Source: Nitrospirota bacterium (GTDB taxonomy: Bacteria; Nitrospirota; UBA9217). Taken from it: a stretch of DNA of 64,000 bases. The stretch spans positions 32,001 to 96,000 of the forward strand of contig CAVVOB010000020.1 of assembly GCA_963749655.1 (NCBI GenBank). The letters run 5' to 3'. The translations under genes were made by a program, and so were the position numbers. This document shows, piece after piece, positions 20,990 to 31,661 of the stretch; the stretch's first letter is position 1; each line of letters begins with the position of its first letter. The notes beneath the pieces were generated by a model that saw only the letters and a program-made list of their open reading frames with translations, had not been told where the DNA came from and made no database searches.

Positions 20990-22775
20990 TTTTCAGGTAC
21001 TCCTCAATGACTCTTCTGGCCACCGGCGCCGCGGCTGAGCCGCCGTGGCCGCCGTGCTCGACCAGGACGGCCACGGCGATCTTCGGATGGTCGACCGGTG
21101 CATAGGCGACAAACCATGCGTGGTCCTGGGTCTCAACAGAGAGTTTTCTGCCCGGGATTTTTTGTGCAATGACCTGGGCGGTCCCGGTCTTGCCGGCGAC
21201 CGTAGCGATCGGCGTCAGGGCTCCGTGTCCGGTGCCGCCGGGCTCTGCAACGACGCCGGCGAGACCCCGGCGGATTTCCTCGAGTACATTGGCATCAAGC
21301 TTCATTCTCCCCTTGCGTTCGGCAGGGAACGTGTTGACCACCCCGGTCTCCCTGTTTCGAGTCTGCCTCAACAGCATGGGCTTGTAGAAAAATCCGCCGT
21401 TCGCAACAGCTCCGATCATCTGACAGGCCTGGATCGGACTCACGAGGACGAATCCCTGGCCGATGGAGTTTATGTACGTGTCGCCGGGATACCAGGGCTC
21501 GCCGGTCCGTTTTTTTTTCCAGGCCTCCGTGGGGATCAGACCCGGCTTCTCGTCGGGCAGGGGGACGCCCGTCAGGCTGCCGAGGCCGAGTTGCCTTGCA
21601 TATTCGGCAACGCGGTCAAAACCGATTCGTTCGCCCATCGTGTAAAAGTAGACGTCGCACGATTGGACCAGGGCATCGTGGAACGAGATCTGCCCGTGGC
21701 CGCCTTTTTTCCAGCAGCGGAACGTGTGCCTGCCGCTCTGAAGGAAACCACGGCAGGAAATTTTTTCGTCGAGGTTGATCACCCCCGTTGCGAGGCCGGC
21801 AATCGCCACGACGATTTTGAACGTCGACCCGGGCGGGTAAACGCTCTGGATCGCCCGGTTGTAGAGGGGGTGCGCTTCATCGTTCATCAGCCGCACCCAG
21901 TCCTTGGGCGAGATGCCCCGGGGGAACAGGTTCGGATCAAAGTTGGGGTGGCTGGCGAGAGCGAGGATCTCCCCCGTGTTCGGGTCCATCGCCACGACTG
22001 CCCCGGCGCGCTCTCCCAGACCTTCTTCGGCCGCCTTTTGTGCGTCGAGATCGAGCGTCAGGTAAACATCCGTGCCGGGCCGGGGTTCCTCGATCCCGAG
22101 GTCCTTGACCTTTCTGCCCGCAGCGTTCACCTGGATCATGCGTCTGCCCGCAGTGCCGCGCAGATATTTGTCATAGATCTTTTCGATGCCGCCCTGGCCG
22201 ATCAGAAGACCCATGTCGGTCTGGGACTGTTTCCTCTGCGCCTGGGACACCTTGCCGAGGTAGCCGAGCTGGTGAGACGCCAGGCCGCCATAGGGATAAT
22301 GCCGGCGGTGCTCGGGTTCGACAATCGTGCCGGGAAGCTCTTCCTGGTGAGCCTCCACGACGGCCACGTCGTTCCAGGGTGCCTCTTCCACCAGCTTGAC
22401 CGGATCGTATTTGGACCTGACTGCCGCAGCATCATTCAAGGCAGTGCGAATCGACTCATCGTTGATGTGAACGAGGGAAGTTATCTTCGCGATCGTGCTT
22501 TCCAGTTCCGGAGCATCCTCGGGCACGAGCGAGATGTCGAAGGTGAGAACGTTTTCGACGAGCGGCCTGCCGTTGCGATCGTAGATGATGCCCCGGGGCG
22601 GCCGGAGCTTCACGGGCCTGATCCGGTTGCTTTCCGCCTGTTCGTAATAATAATCGCCCCTGATCGCCTGGAGGTACCAGAGCCGGATCAGGAGCGCAAC
22701 GCAGAACAGGATGATATAGACCGCAAGCAGCGGGAGCCTCTTCTGAAGATCGGTCGCTCCGTCCTGCTGGAACAT
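20964..22775 (-). CDS. mrdA: Penicillin-binding protein 2
   Basis: PGSTFK (SxxK), SCD, KTGTAQ; located between mreD and rodA. Confidence 0.95.
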   Translation of the reverse strand: MFQQDGATDLQKRLPLLAVYIILFCVALLIRLWYLQAIRGDYYYEQAESNRIRPVKLRPPRGIIYDRNGRPLVENVLTFDISLVPEDAPELESTIAKITSLVHINDESIRTALNDAAAVRSKYDPVKLVEEAPWNDVAVVEAHQEELPGTIVEPEHRRHYPYGGLASHQLGYLGKVSQAQRKQSQTDMGLLIGQGGIEKIYDKYLRGTAGRRMIQVNAAGRKVKDLGIEEPRPGTDVYLTLDLDAQKAAEEGLGERAGAVVAMDPNTGEILALASHPNFDPNLFPRGISPKDWVRLMNDEAHPLYNRAIQSVYPPGSTFKIVVAIAGLATGVINLDEKISCRGFLQSGRHTFRCWKKGGHGQISFHDALVQSCDVYFYTMGERIGFDRVAEYARQLGLGSLTGVPLPDEKPGLIPTEAWKKKRTGEPWYPGDTYINSIGQGFVLVSPIQACQMIGAVANGGFFYKPMLLRQTRNRETGVVNTFPAERKGRMKLDANVLEEIRRGLAGVVAEPGGTGHGALTPIATVAGKTGTAQVIAQKIPGRKLSVETQDHAWFVAYAPVDHPKIAVAVLVEHGGHGGSAAAPVARRVIEEYLKNAESKMVR

Positions 22776-23288
22776 TTACAGCTCCTTCTGAAGGTCTCGT
22801 CTCTTCAACATGGCGACAACGCCTTTTTTGTTGACAAAGCGAAGCACCACGACGCCGAGAACGCCGGTGTAGAGCGCTTGAGGCAGGAATCGGGTCCCCA
22901 CGAGACTGAAAAAGGGGACATCACCGTAGGTCACCTGGAGGAAAAAGGTGATCAGAAGGCCCTCTGCAAAGCTGAACAACGCAAGAAACAGAACGATTGC
23001 CGGACTGGTGATATCGAGCACCCGCGTGCCGAGGATGCCCACCGCGAGTCCTGTCAGCCCCCGGGTAAATCCTGAGAACCCGATCAGACTGGCCGAGCCG
23101 ATGTCCTGAACGAGGCCGATGCCGACGCCTGCAAGGGTCGCTTCGACCGGGCTGGTCAGCAGTCCGATGACGAACAGCACGGTAAGGGCCAGGTCGGGTT
23201 TGATGCCGCCGAGGGAAAAAGGGCCGAGCAGAGTCGCCTGGAAGGGTATGATCAGCAGGAGGACCGTGATATAGACGCGCGGCTTCAT
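22776..23288 (-). CDS. mreD: Rod shape-determining protein MreD
   Basis: Hydrophobic 170 aa, KPDL, GLVQD; operon position. Confidence 0.88.
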   Translation of the reverse strand: MKPRVYITVLLLIIPFQATLLGPFSLGGIKPDLALTVLFVIGLLTSPVEATLAGVGIGLVQDIGSASLIGFSGFTRGLTGLAVGILGTRVLDITSPAIVLFLALFSFAEGLLITFFLQVTYGDVPFFSLVGTRFLPQALYTGVLGVVVLRFVNKKGVVAMLKRRDLQKEL

Positions 23289-24091
23289 TTCACAAGCACC
23301 AGTGCTTCTTCGAGGCGGGACAAGCTTACGGCGGGTTCCGCAATAACGGTCTGAAACGCCGCTGCTTCGTGCTTCGATACTTTTACGACCGTTGCCACGG
23401 CAAGGCCCTTCGGATAGACCCCGTCAAGGCCCGATGTGACCAGAAGGTCGCCTTCCTGTATGTCTGCATAATAGGAAACATACTTCAAGGCGCAATTAAC
23501 CAGTTTTCCCTCGAGGAGCCCCTCCTCGCGGTTCCGTTGGACCCGGACGGCAAGCGTGCTGCCGGGATCGGTAAGGAGAATTATCTTTGCCGTACCCGGA
23601 AGGACAGCCTGCACTTTTCCTACCACGCCCGTTTGAGAAATGACCGCCATGTCTTTCGCAACCCCGTCGTCAGAGCCCTTGTTGATCGTGACGGTGCTTG
23701 ATGCCGGGGACAGCGTTTTGCCGATGACCTGGGCCATGACTGCCGTCGGCGGCTGGATCTTTTTGAAGTTCAAGGCATCCCGCAGGCGTTCGTTCTCGCT
23801 CAGCAGCTCACCTGCGACCGCGTTTTCGATCCGCAGGCGGTCGATCTCATCCTGCAGCCTCTGGTTGTCGCGCTCGGTGTTGACCAGGAAAACGTAGCTT
23901 TTGCCGATCGAAACGACGGTGTTGAACGGCCAGGCGATGATACGCTCCAGAAATCCCGATATCGCCAGGACCGGTTTTTCCAGAAGCGAAAAACGACCGT
24001 TCTTCACCTGGAGGGTAAGCATCCAGAACAGGACTGTGAAGAGGAAGAGAATGACAAATAATTTTTTATGCCTAACAATAAACCCGTTCAT
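23285..24091 (-). CDS. mreC: Rod shape-determining protein MreC
   Basis: TM helix, coiled coil ENERLR, INKGS.DGV, VTSGLDGVYPKG. Confidence 0.93.
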   Translation of the reverse strand: MNGFIVRHKKLFVILFLFTVLFWMLTLQVKNGRFSLLEKPVLAISGFLERIIAWPFNTVVSIGKSYVFLVNTERDNQRLQDEIDRLRIENAVAGELLSENERLRDALNFKKIQPPTAVMAQVIGKTLSPASSTVTINKGSDDGVAKDMAVISQTGVVGKVQAVLPGTAKIILLTDPGSTLAVRVQRNREEGLLEGKLVNCALKYVSYYADIQEGDLLVTSGLDGVYPKGLAVATVVKVSKHEAAAFQTVIAEPAVSLSRLEEALVLVK

Positions 24092-24219
24092 CCCGCAGTG
24101 CCGTTTCGGCGGCTACCCCCGGTAAAGATCGTCCGGCGCGTTCCAGCGGGCGCCATGGAGCTTGATACCCCGCATGCTGATCCGATTGTTCATTCGCAAT
24201 ACCGTCATCACCGGCAGGG

Positions 24220-25245
24220 TTACATCATGACCTTTTTCAGAATTTCCTCGTCGTCAAGGACCTTGCCGGCTCCCAGCGCAACGCACGTGAGGGGGTCCTC
24301 GGCGATGATGATCGGAAGGGATGTCTCTTCGCGCAGGAAGACGTCCATCCCTTTGAGGAGCGCGCCGCCTCCGGCCAGAACGATGCCCTTGTCCACAATG
24401 TCGGCTGAAAGCTCGGGCGGCGTGTTCTCGAGTGCCAGTTTGATGCCGTTCAGTATCTGGCTGACCGGCTCCGCGAGCGCTTCACGCACTTCATCGTCGT
24501 CGAGGATCAGCGTCTTGGGGATGCCGGAGACCAGATCGCGGCCCTTGATCTCCATGGTCTGGCGCGAGCTGTCGGTTTTGTATGCAGACCCCAGCTCCAT
24601 CTTGATCTGCTCGGCCATCATTTCGCCGATGAGCAGGTTGTATTTTCGCTTGATGTAGTTGATGATCGCTTCATCCATCTTGTCGCCGCCGACACGGATG
24701 GCCTTGCTGTAAACGACGCCGTCCATGGAGATGACGGCGATGTCCGTCGTGCCGCCGCCGATATCCACGATCATATTGCCCGATGGCTCCGAGATCGGAA
24801 GGCCCGTCCCGATCGCCGCGGCAACAGGCTCTTCGATGAGATAAACGTCACGGCCGCCCGAAGAAATGGCAGCGTCCTTCACGGCCCTCTGTTCCACCTG
24901 GGTGATGCCGGAAGGGACGCCGATCACGATCCGCGGCCGCATGAAGGACTTCCGGTTATGAACCCGCTGGATGAAGTATTTGAGCATTTCTCCCGTGTAG
25001 TCGAAATCGGAGATGACGCCGTCTTTGATCGGCCGTATGGTTTTTACATCGCCGGGCGTGCGCCCCAGCATCCGTTTTGCCTCCATACCGACCGCCAGGA
25101 CCTTGCCGGTCTTCGCTGATATGGCAACGACGGACGGCTCGTTGCACATGATCCCCTTGCCCTTGACGTACACGAGCGTGTTCGCCGTGCCGAGGTCGAT
25201 GGCCATGTCGTTTGAGAACCAGCCCATGATGGAATTGATAAACAT
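24220..25245 (-). CDS. mreB: Rod shape-determining protein MreB
   Basis: [26 protein letters not shown]. Confidence 0.97.
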   Translation of the reverse strand: MFINSIMGWFSNDMAIDLGTANTLVYVKGKGIMCNEPSVVAISAKTGKVLAVGMEAKRMLGRTPGDVKTIRPIKDGVISDFDYTGEMLKYFIQRVHNRKSFMRPRIVIGVPSGITQVEQRAVKDAAISSGGRDVYLIEEPVAAAIGTGLPISEPSGNMIVDIGGGTTDIAVISMDGVVYSKAIRVGGDKMDEAIINYIKRKYNLLIGEMMAEQIKMELGSAYKTDSSRQTMEIKGRDLVSGIPKTLILDDDEVREALAEPVSQILNGIKLALENTPPELSADIVDKGIVLAGGGALLKGMDVFLREETSLPIIIAEDPLTCVALGAGKVLDDEEILKKVMM

Positions 25246-25368
25246 TGTCAGCAACAACTCCTTTCGCGATGTAAAACCTGATCAGAGCGGGCAACGGGAC
25301 CGGTCAGCCGCGCCGGAAGCGGCAATGCCCGAAGTCCGCAGAACTTATTGATTGATGCCGGCGTTTGT

Positions 25369-25854
25369 TCATTCGGCGGTATGTGCCGGAGCCTCCTGTT
25401 GCTCAGGAGAAGCCGGCGGATCGGACTGCCTCGTCTGCGGGTCGTGCAGTGTTCCGGCGAGATCCCGGGTAACCACGGTGCGCGCAAGCAGATCGCCGAT
25501 CCGCATGCCGCGTTCATCGCCGAGGGCGGCCAGGCCTTCTGCGCCGATGATCAGCAGACCGAAGATCCAGCCTACGTAGGGGATCAGGAGGAGAAGATAT
25601 GCAACGGCGAAAGTTACATTCCTGATGATGGATTCCCGGTAGGACGCCGTCGGGCCCGTCTCGTCCGCTGCTGCAATCCGGAGCCCGATGATTTTCTTCC
25701 CCAAACTTCTTCCCGTGAACAGACCGTCTCGGGCGAGGATGTATCCCGTCGCGGAGAGTATTCCGAGAACGTCGGGAAGACGCGCCAGGCCGATGATGAT
25801 CAGGAAATCAACAAATCCTGCAATCGCTCTGGTTGTTAGGTCCGCCCGCTGCAA
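25369..25854 (-). CDS. RDD family membrane protein
   Basis: RAIAGFVD, GRSLGKKIIGLR, RIGDLLART. Confidence 0.85.
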   Translation of the reverse strand: MQRADLTTRAIAGFVDFLIIIGLARLPDVLGILSATGYILARDGLFTGRSLGKKIIGLRIAAADETGPTASYRESIIRNVTFAVAYLLLLIPYVGWIFGLLIIGAEGLAALGDERGMRIGDLLARTVVTRDLAGTLHDPQTRQSDPPASPEQQEAPAHTAE

Positions 25855-26316
25855 GAAGCCTCCTGATTGAAAACCGCTTCATACTATCAGAATGACAGGG
25901 CTATTTCAAGGGTAAAAAAGGGCAAAACACGCGAACAGATCGCCGTCGCAACATGTAGGGGGATTTCTTCCCGCTGGTTTCGGCCGGTTTTTGTCCGCTT
26001 CTCGACCGTGGTCCGGCATTGTGCCGCTCCTGTTATTGACCATCAGCTCTTTGCCGCGGCCGCTTTGCTTTCTCTCTTCCAAAGGTATGCCCGATCAGTG
26101 CCGGGTAGGGGGCAAATACATGATAATAAGGGGGTCTTATTTTCGAGAAAATGAATTAGAGCTTTTCTTGTTCAAAAGGTGTATTATAGTGAGTCCGGTT
26201 CATCGCGAAGAGACAGAGTAGAACATTCCTATCATGATTTAAAAAATAATCCGTTTTAACAGGTATCCGGTTAAGAAGACAGAAACGTGCCCAAGAGGGG
26301 CAAGAAGGAGAATCGT

Positions 26317-26718
26317 ATGCTTGACAGACACTCAGCGGGTGACAATATCGCGTCCTATTGTACGAAATGCAAGCTGAACCTTGACCACGCAATCGTGGCA
26401 ATGGACGGAGAAACGATTGTCAAGGTGAAGTGCAAGACCTGCGGCAGTACGCATAAATTCCGGGACCCAGCGGATGTGAAAAAGCCCCGCACTGCCAGGA
26501 AAAAAGAAGATGCTGCGAAGGCGGCTGAAACACTGTGGGAATCCAGCCTCGCGACGGCAAAAGGCAAGGAGCGGTCCTACGACATGGGGGGCAAGTATCG
26601 TGTCGGCGACGTGGTGCTCCACAACACCTTCGGCAAGGGCGTCGTCCGGAAGATTTACCTGAACAAGTGCGATGTTCTCTTTAAGGATAAAGAGCGTCTG
26701 ATGGCTTCGGCGAATTAG
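26317..26718 (+). CDS. Hypothetical protein: zinc ribbon plus Tudor-like C-terminus
   Basis: CTKC and CKTC pairs; YRVGDVVLHNTFGKGVV; AAGGAG SD. Confidence 0.75.
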   Translation: MLDRHSAGDNIASYCTKCKLNLDHAIVAMDGETIVKVKCKTCGSTHKFRDPADVKKPRTARKKEDAAKAAETLWESSLATAKGKERSYDMGGKYRVGDVVLHNTFGKGVVRKIYLNKCDVLFKDKERLMASAN

Positions 26719-26768
26719 CGCTCGAACCGGGAACCGAACGCGGCGGTTCGGAGAATAAGGATCGGATA

Positions 26769-26832
26769 ACCACGAAGAACATGAAGGCAAATAAGCGGAG
26801 CGGAGAACATGAGCCTTCGTGATCTTCGTGGT
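26769..26832. repeat. Inverted pair of period-9 arrays
   Basis: accacgaagaacatgaagg versus ccttcgtgatcttcgtggt (17/19 complementary). Confidence 0.8.
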
Positions 26833-26882
26833 ACGAGCCGTCAGGCTTCTTCCCGGCATATCGCGGTAATCCTCAGCATTTC

Positions 26883-28055
26883 ATGCACAAGTCCACCATC
26901 CTCATCACCTGTCCCAAGGGCATCCCCCCCCTTTTAAAGCAGGAACTGCTCTCCCTCGGATTTCCGGTGCTGACCGAGCTTGTCGCAGGCGTCGAGACCG
27001 AAGGCACCCTCGACGACGCCCTGCGGCTCAATCTTTTTTTGCGCACAGGCCATCGCGTATTGTATCTCCTCAAGGAATTTAAAGCGCACAACACCGACGA
27101 ACTCTACGAACAGATCTTCGCCGTCGACTGGGAATCCCATATTTCAGAAGAGGGATATGTCTGTGTCACGTCGAGCGTGGAGACTCCCAGCATCAGGGAC
27201 GCGCGTTTTGCCACCCTCAAGTGCAAGGACGCCATCGTGGACAGGATCAAGAAAAAGACGGGCAGTCGGCCCGATTCCGGCCCGGAGCGGGACAAGTCCG
27301 TCGTTCATCTCTACTGGAGGGATGATCGCGGGGCGATCTATCTCGACACTTCCGGCGAACCCCTTTCCCGGCGCGGCTATCGTAAAATCCCGCTCGGCGC
27401 GCCGATGCAGGAGACGCTGGCTGCCGCCGTAGTGCTCGCAACGGGATGGGACGGCCGCAGCGCATTCGTCAATCCCATGTGCGGCAGCGGCACCCTTGCC
27501 ATCGAGGCGGCGCTCATCGGCCTTCACAGGGCGCCCGGAATCCTGCGCAGCAATTTCGGCTTCATGCATCTCAAGGGCTTCCGGGAGCAGGTCTGGAGTG
27601 AACTGCGCGAGGACTCAAAAGGAGACGCAAGGAAACAGCCGGCTGGCGTGATCATTGCAACCGACATCAGTCCCGATGCCGTTGAAGCGGCACGGAAGAA
27701 CGCCGTAACCGCAGGCGTTGAACACCTCATTGACTTCGAGGTCTGCGACTTCGAAGATACGCCGCTTGCGGGAGGCTCCGGCGTGGTTGTCATGAATCCG
27801 GCATACGGGGAACGCCTCGGGGAGGCCGCGCAGCTCGAAGCGCTCTACGGCCGCATCGGCGACTACTACAAGCGGAAGTGCAGGGGTTTTACCGGATATG
27901 TGTTCACAGGAAATCCCGTCCTTGCCAAAAAAGTAGGCCTGAAGCCGAAACGCTCCTGTCAGTTTTTCAACAGCGGTATTGAATGCCGCCTGCTCGAATA
28001 CGATCTCTATGAAGGAAGCAAAAAACCCGGCAAGCTGAAACCGGCGGATCCCTGA
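26883..28055 (+). CDS. THUMP-domain RNA methyltransferase (RlmL-like)
   Basis: LDTSGEPLSRRGYR, APMQETLAAA, PMCGSGT, NPAYGERL. Confidence 0.9.
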   Translation: MHKSTILITCPKGIPPLLKQELLSLGFPVLTELVAGVETEGTLDDALRLNLFLRTGHRVLYLLKEFKAHNTDELYEQIFAVDWESHISEEGYVCVTSSVETPSIRDARFATLKCKDAIVDRIKKKTGSRPDSGPERDKSVVHLYWRDDRGAIYLDTSGEPLSRRGYRKIPLGAPMQETLAAAVVLATGWDGRSAFVNPMCGSGTLAIEAALIGLHRAPGILRSNFGFMHLKGFREQVWSELREDSKGDARKQPAGVIIATDISPDAVEAARKNAVTAGVEHLIDFEVCDFEDTPLAGGSGVVVMNPAYGERLGEAAQLEALYGRIGDYYKRKCRGFTGYVFTGNPVLAKKVGLKPKRSCQFFNSGIECRLLEYDLYEGSKKPGKLKPADP

Positions 28056-28194
28056 CGGTACTTCACACCCCGTCTTTTTTCATGGCTCAAACCCCTCCCT
28101 TTTCAGCAATTTATGCTAAAATAAACCACAGTGTCGGACAATAATCTTGCCACTATCTTTTTTAGGTTGAACGTACACATCACAGGGAAAAGAG

Positions 28195-28926
28195 ATGATA
28201 CGCGAGAGAATTCTGGCCTGGTTGGCATGGGCACTGGTATCGATCTGGAGCAGGACCATACGGCTGCGCTTTCTGAATGGGTTGCCGGCCTTGCCGGGCT
28301 CGCCTGAAGGCGGCACTTTTATCTATGCCTTCTGGCATGGGAACCTGTTTCTGCTGCTCCACTCCCATCGAGGCTCCGGCATCCTGATCCCGGCAAGCGA
28401 AAGCAGGGACGGAGAAATCATGGCTCGGCTGCTGAAGCACCTGGGATTCGGCGTCGTGCGCGGATCGAGCAACCGCAAGGGCCATAAGGCCCTCCGGGCC
28501 TTGATCCGGGGAATTCGGCGGGGAAAGAGCGCCGCTATAGCGGTTGACGGACCTCGCGGCCCTCTGCATAAAGTGAAGCAGGGTGCGAGCTTCCTTGCTG
28601 GTACGCTGAAGGTCCCCGTTGTTCCCGTTGCGACAGCCGCGAGGCGGCTCTGGATCCTTGAAAAAAGCTGGGACAGACTGGAAGTCCCGGTTCCGTTTAC
28701 GCGGGGCCTCGTGCTCTATGGAGATCCGATCATGGTGAACGGCACATCGGATGAGGAGATAGCAGAGGGCCAGCGAATGCTGGAGGCAGAACTGCAGAGG
28801 CTGACCCGGGTTGCGCAGGCTCATGCAAGGGCCATCGGCAGCAATGCCCGCAACGACAATCTCCCAGTGTCCGACAGGCCGGACAGATCATGGATATCTG
28901 CCAAGAAGGATAAAGGTTTACTCTGA
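28195..28926 (+). CDS. DUF374 / lysophospholipid acyltransferase family protein
   Basis: YAFWHG, SESRDGE, VRGSS, VDGPRGP, SWDR..P.PF. Confidence 0.88.
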   Translation: MIRERILAWLAWALVSIWSRTIRLRFLNGLPALPGSPEGGTFIYAFWHGNLFLLLHSHRGSGILIPASESRDGEIMARLLKHLGFGVVRGSSNRKGHKALRALIRGIRRGKSAAIAVDGPRGPLHKVKQGASFLAGTLKVPVVPVATAARRLWILEKSWDRLEVPVPFTRGLVLYGDPIMVNGTSDEEIAEGQRMLEAELQRLTRVAQAHARAIGSNARNDNLPVSDRPDRSWISAKKDKGLL

Positions 28927-29151
28927 CGAAGCCCCAATAACGAGCTATTCATGGTGGTAAGCAGAGCAAAGCGTGCCGGCGGATCCCGACATCGGCAGAA
29001 GTGATCGATACTGTCTCCGTAACTTTTCTTCTCACCATCTATTTCCCGTCATTTTTCCCACATCCCCTAAAAATACCCGTAGCGGGTGATTTACAGATAC
29101 GGCGCGACTTTTGTACACTATAGTACCATCCTCACTGCAGAGGGATTTACT

Positions 29152-29482
29152 ATGCCGGTGTTGTGTCGGCATTGCGAGGATGCGCCCTGTTTTGAACGCC
29201 TGTATCAGCGGCTGTCTGTACCGGGATGAGCAGGGGTTCGTCAGGAGAAAGAAAGAGCGATGCATCGGTTGCTGGACATGCATGATGATGTGCCCTTTCG
29301 GAGTGATAATGAAAGACAAAACAAAGAAGATCGCTGTGAAGTGCGACCGCTGTCACAAGCTTGATGTCCCGGCCTGCGTTGCTGCCTGCCCCACGGGCGC
29401 CCTCTTTCTGGAAGAGGCGAAGGACGTAGCGCGGGAGAAGCGGAAGCGTCTGGTCCTGACGGAAGCAAAGGGGGTGGCATAG
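29152..29482 (+). CDS. 4Fe-4S ferredoxin, CooF/HydN-like; one frameshift near 29190
   Basis: Removing one T from the T-run gives MPVLCRHCEDAPCLNAC...CIGCWTCMMMCPFG...KCDRC...PACVAACPTGAL. Confidence 0.8.
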
Positions 29483-30718
29483 ATGCGCCATGTGATCATC
29501 GGCGGCAGCATTGCCGGCATATCAGCCGCCCGTTCTATTCGCGTTCTCGACGCCGGCGCTGATATCACCATGGTATCGGGGGAGATGGCGAAGCCCTACT
29601 ATCGGCCCCTGATCCCGTCAGTGATCGAGAAGGGGACTGTCGATATAGGCTTCGTCGACGATCCTATCGAAACGTACAGCATCCGGAACGTCTACGACAC
29701 CGCAAACGGCGTCGATCCGGGAGCGCAGCAGGTCCTTCTTGCATCGGGTGGACGCCTGCCCTATGACCGGTTGTTGATCGCGACAGGATGCAGAGCCGTG
29801 ATCCCTCCGATCGCAGGGCTTCAGGGGCCGGGTGTGTACGCCCTGAGGACGCTTGACGACGCGTTAAGCATACAGGCCGCGGCCCGGGGGAAAAAGCACG
29901 CCGTTGTCCTGGGGGGCGGGTTCGTAGGCATCAAGTCGGCGATTGCGCTGAAGCGCCTCGGTCTGAAAGTCACGCTGCTGGAGAAATTGGACCGCATATT
30001 GTACGAAAAGCTCGACAGACGGGGGTCAGCGATGATTACCGATCTGATCAAGCGTGAGAATATCGACATCATCACGAACCAGTCTGATTATGAGATCGTC
30101 CGACAGGGCGGCGCTCTCCGATCCCTACGGCTGGCTTCGGGCCGGATCATCGATACCGATCTTATCGTTGTCGCCGTGGGAACGAAACCGAATGTGGAAC
30201 CGTTCCGGAATGCCGGCATCAAGATAAACAAAGGGATTTTGATCGGGGAAACGCTCGAAACGAGCATTCCCGGCGTCTATGCAGCGGGGGACGTCGTGGA
30301 ATACCGCGATATGGTCTCAAAAACGGCTGCCGTAAGCGCCTTCTGGACGAACGCAGAAGAGATGGGAAGACTGGCGGGAAAGAACATGGCCGGATCATCC
30401 GTCAGGTATACAGGGTTCCTGTCCCTGATGAATACCGCTGAAATCATGAACGTGGCGGTCACTGCGATCGGCCTGATCGATCCGCAGAACAATGGCTACG
30501 AGGTGTGCCTCCAGGGCGACGGGGATTCTTACCGCAAGCTGGTGTTCAGGAAAGATGTCATGGTGGGCGCGTTATTCATCGGCAGTGAAGAGCGGATGGG
30601 CGTATATACTTACCTGATCAGGAACCAGATTCCGATGGGAAAGCTGAAGGGGCTGGCCCTGCAGGGCAAACTGGGCTACATCGATTTTGTGAAGACGGCG
30701 GCAATCCCGACGGCCTGA
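29483..30718 (+). CDS. FAD-dependent NAD(P)H oxidoreductase (FNOR / NirB N-terminal-like)
   Basis: IIGGSIAG, LLIATG, LGGGFVG, TSIPGVYAAGD. Confidence 0.9.
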   Translation: MRHVIIGGSIAGISAARSIRVLDAGADITMVSGEMAKPYYRPLIPSVIEKGTVDIGFVDDPIETYSIRNVYDTANGVDPGAQQVLLASGGRLPYDRLLIATGCRAVIPPIAGLQGPGVYALRTLDDALSIQAAARGKKHAVVLGGGFVGIKSAIALKRLGLKVTLLEKLDRILYEKLDRRGSAMITDLIKRENIDIITNQSDYEIVRQGGALRSLRLASGRIIDTDLIVVAVGTKPNVEPFRNAGIKINKGILIGETLETSIPGVYAAGDVVEYRDMVSKTAAVSAFWTNAEEMGRLAGKNMAGSSVRYTGFLSLMNTAEIMNVAVTAIGLIDPQNNGYEVCLQGDGDSYRKLVFRKDVMVGALFIGSEERMGVYTYLIRNQIPMGKLKGLALQGKLGYIDFVKTAAIPTA

Positions 30719-30828
30719 ACTCAGCCCGTGCGTCATCGCTGAGGATCCATCTTGCCTCCGATGCAGCTCTCATCGTCCAGCTGAGTATTTCACTGACCTC
30801 CTTACGCGGAGCGGTCTGATCACCCCCC

Positions 30829-31644
30829 TTAGACCGCTCCGTTTCTTTTTATTACAATCACCGCGAGAATGATGAAGATCGCACAGTCGGCGACGACATG
30901 GGCCGCCCACGGCGCCAGCATGCCGCCGCTTTTCCGCCGGATCCCGCCGAGCATGGCGCCGTACACCACGGTCATCACCAGTCCCCACCCTCCGCTGGGA
31001 AACCCCTGGAGATAATGCATTGCGCCGAAAAGCCATGCTTGGCCGAGAAGGGACAGGGCGCCCGGTCCTGCCGCGCTGTCGCACGCCTGCATGATAATGC
31101 CGCGGAAGACGGCCTCTTCCAGCGCCGCGTTTCCGAGGGCGAAGGAAAGTCCGGCAAACGGCAGGAGCCAAAGCGCCATGCCCGGAAAAGAAGCAAGGTG
31201 CAGGCTGACGTCAGGTCTGAGGAGACGGTACCACAAGTACAGAGCTATGATCGACAGGGCCGAAACCGAAAGGGTGAGGAGCGCGATCATCCCGGTGAAG
31301 CGTCCTGTTCGGAGCCACTGGATCGTTCGGCGAAGGCGCCGTACGGGCAGGACAACGGCCAGGTAGGCCGCCAAAGGAACGAGGAGGGCAGAGGGCCAGC
31401 CGCGTAATGACGGGATCAGAAAGGGCGCTGCGGCGAGTGCGGCGGCAAACAGTGCCAGGTGCAGCGACGGGGAGTCCCTTGCAGCCAGGGCTGCTATAAC
31501 GAGGACGAGAGCGAAAAAAACGGTCCATCCTCCGATGGTGTGCGAAAAGGGGATAAGAGAAAGAAGAAGGACATCGCATGCGATTATGACGGTACCTGCG
31601 GCGCTTGCAGGCTGTGGTGCGGTCACGGGACGAGCAGGGGGCAT
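30829..31644 (-). CDS. CPBP (CAAX) family intramembrane metalloprotease
   Basis: EEAVFRG, FGAMH, AHVVAD. Confidence 0.88.
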   Translation of the reverse strand: MPPARPVTAPQPASAAGTVIIACDVLLLSLIPFSHTIGGWTVFFALVLVIAALAARDSPSLHLALFAAALAAAPFLIPSLRGWPSALLVPLAAYLAVVLPVRRLRRTIQWLRTGRFTGMIALLTLSVSALSIIALYLWYRLLRPDVSLHLASFPGMALWLLPFAGLSFALGNAALEEAVFRGIIMQACDSAAGPGALSLLGQAWLFGAMHYLQGFPSGGWGLVMTVVYGAMLGGIRRKSGGMLAPWAAHVVADCAIFIILAVIVIKRNGAV

Positions 31645-31661
31645 GGCGTGAACCGGGCCGG

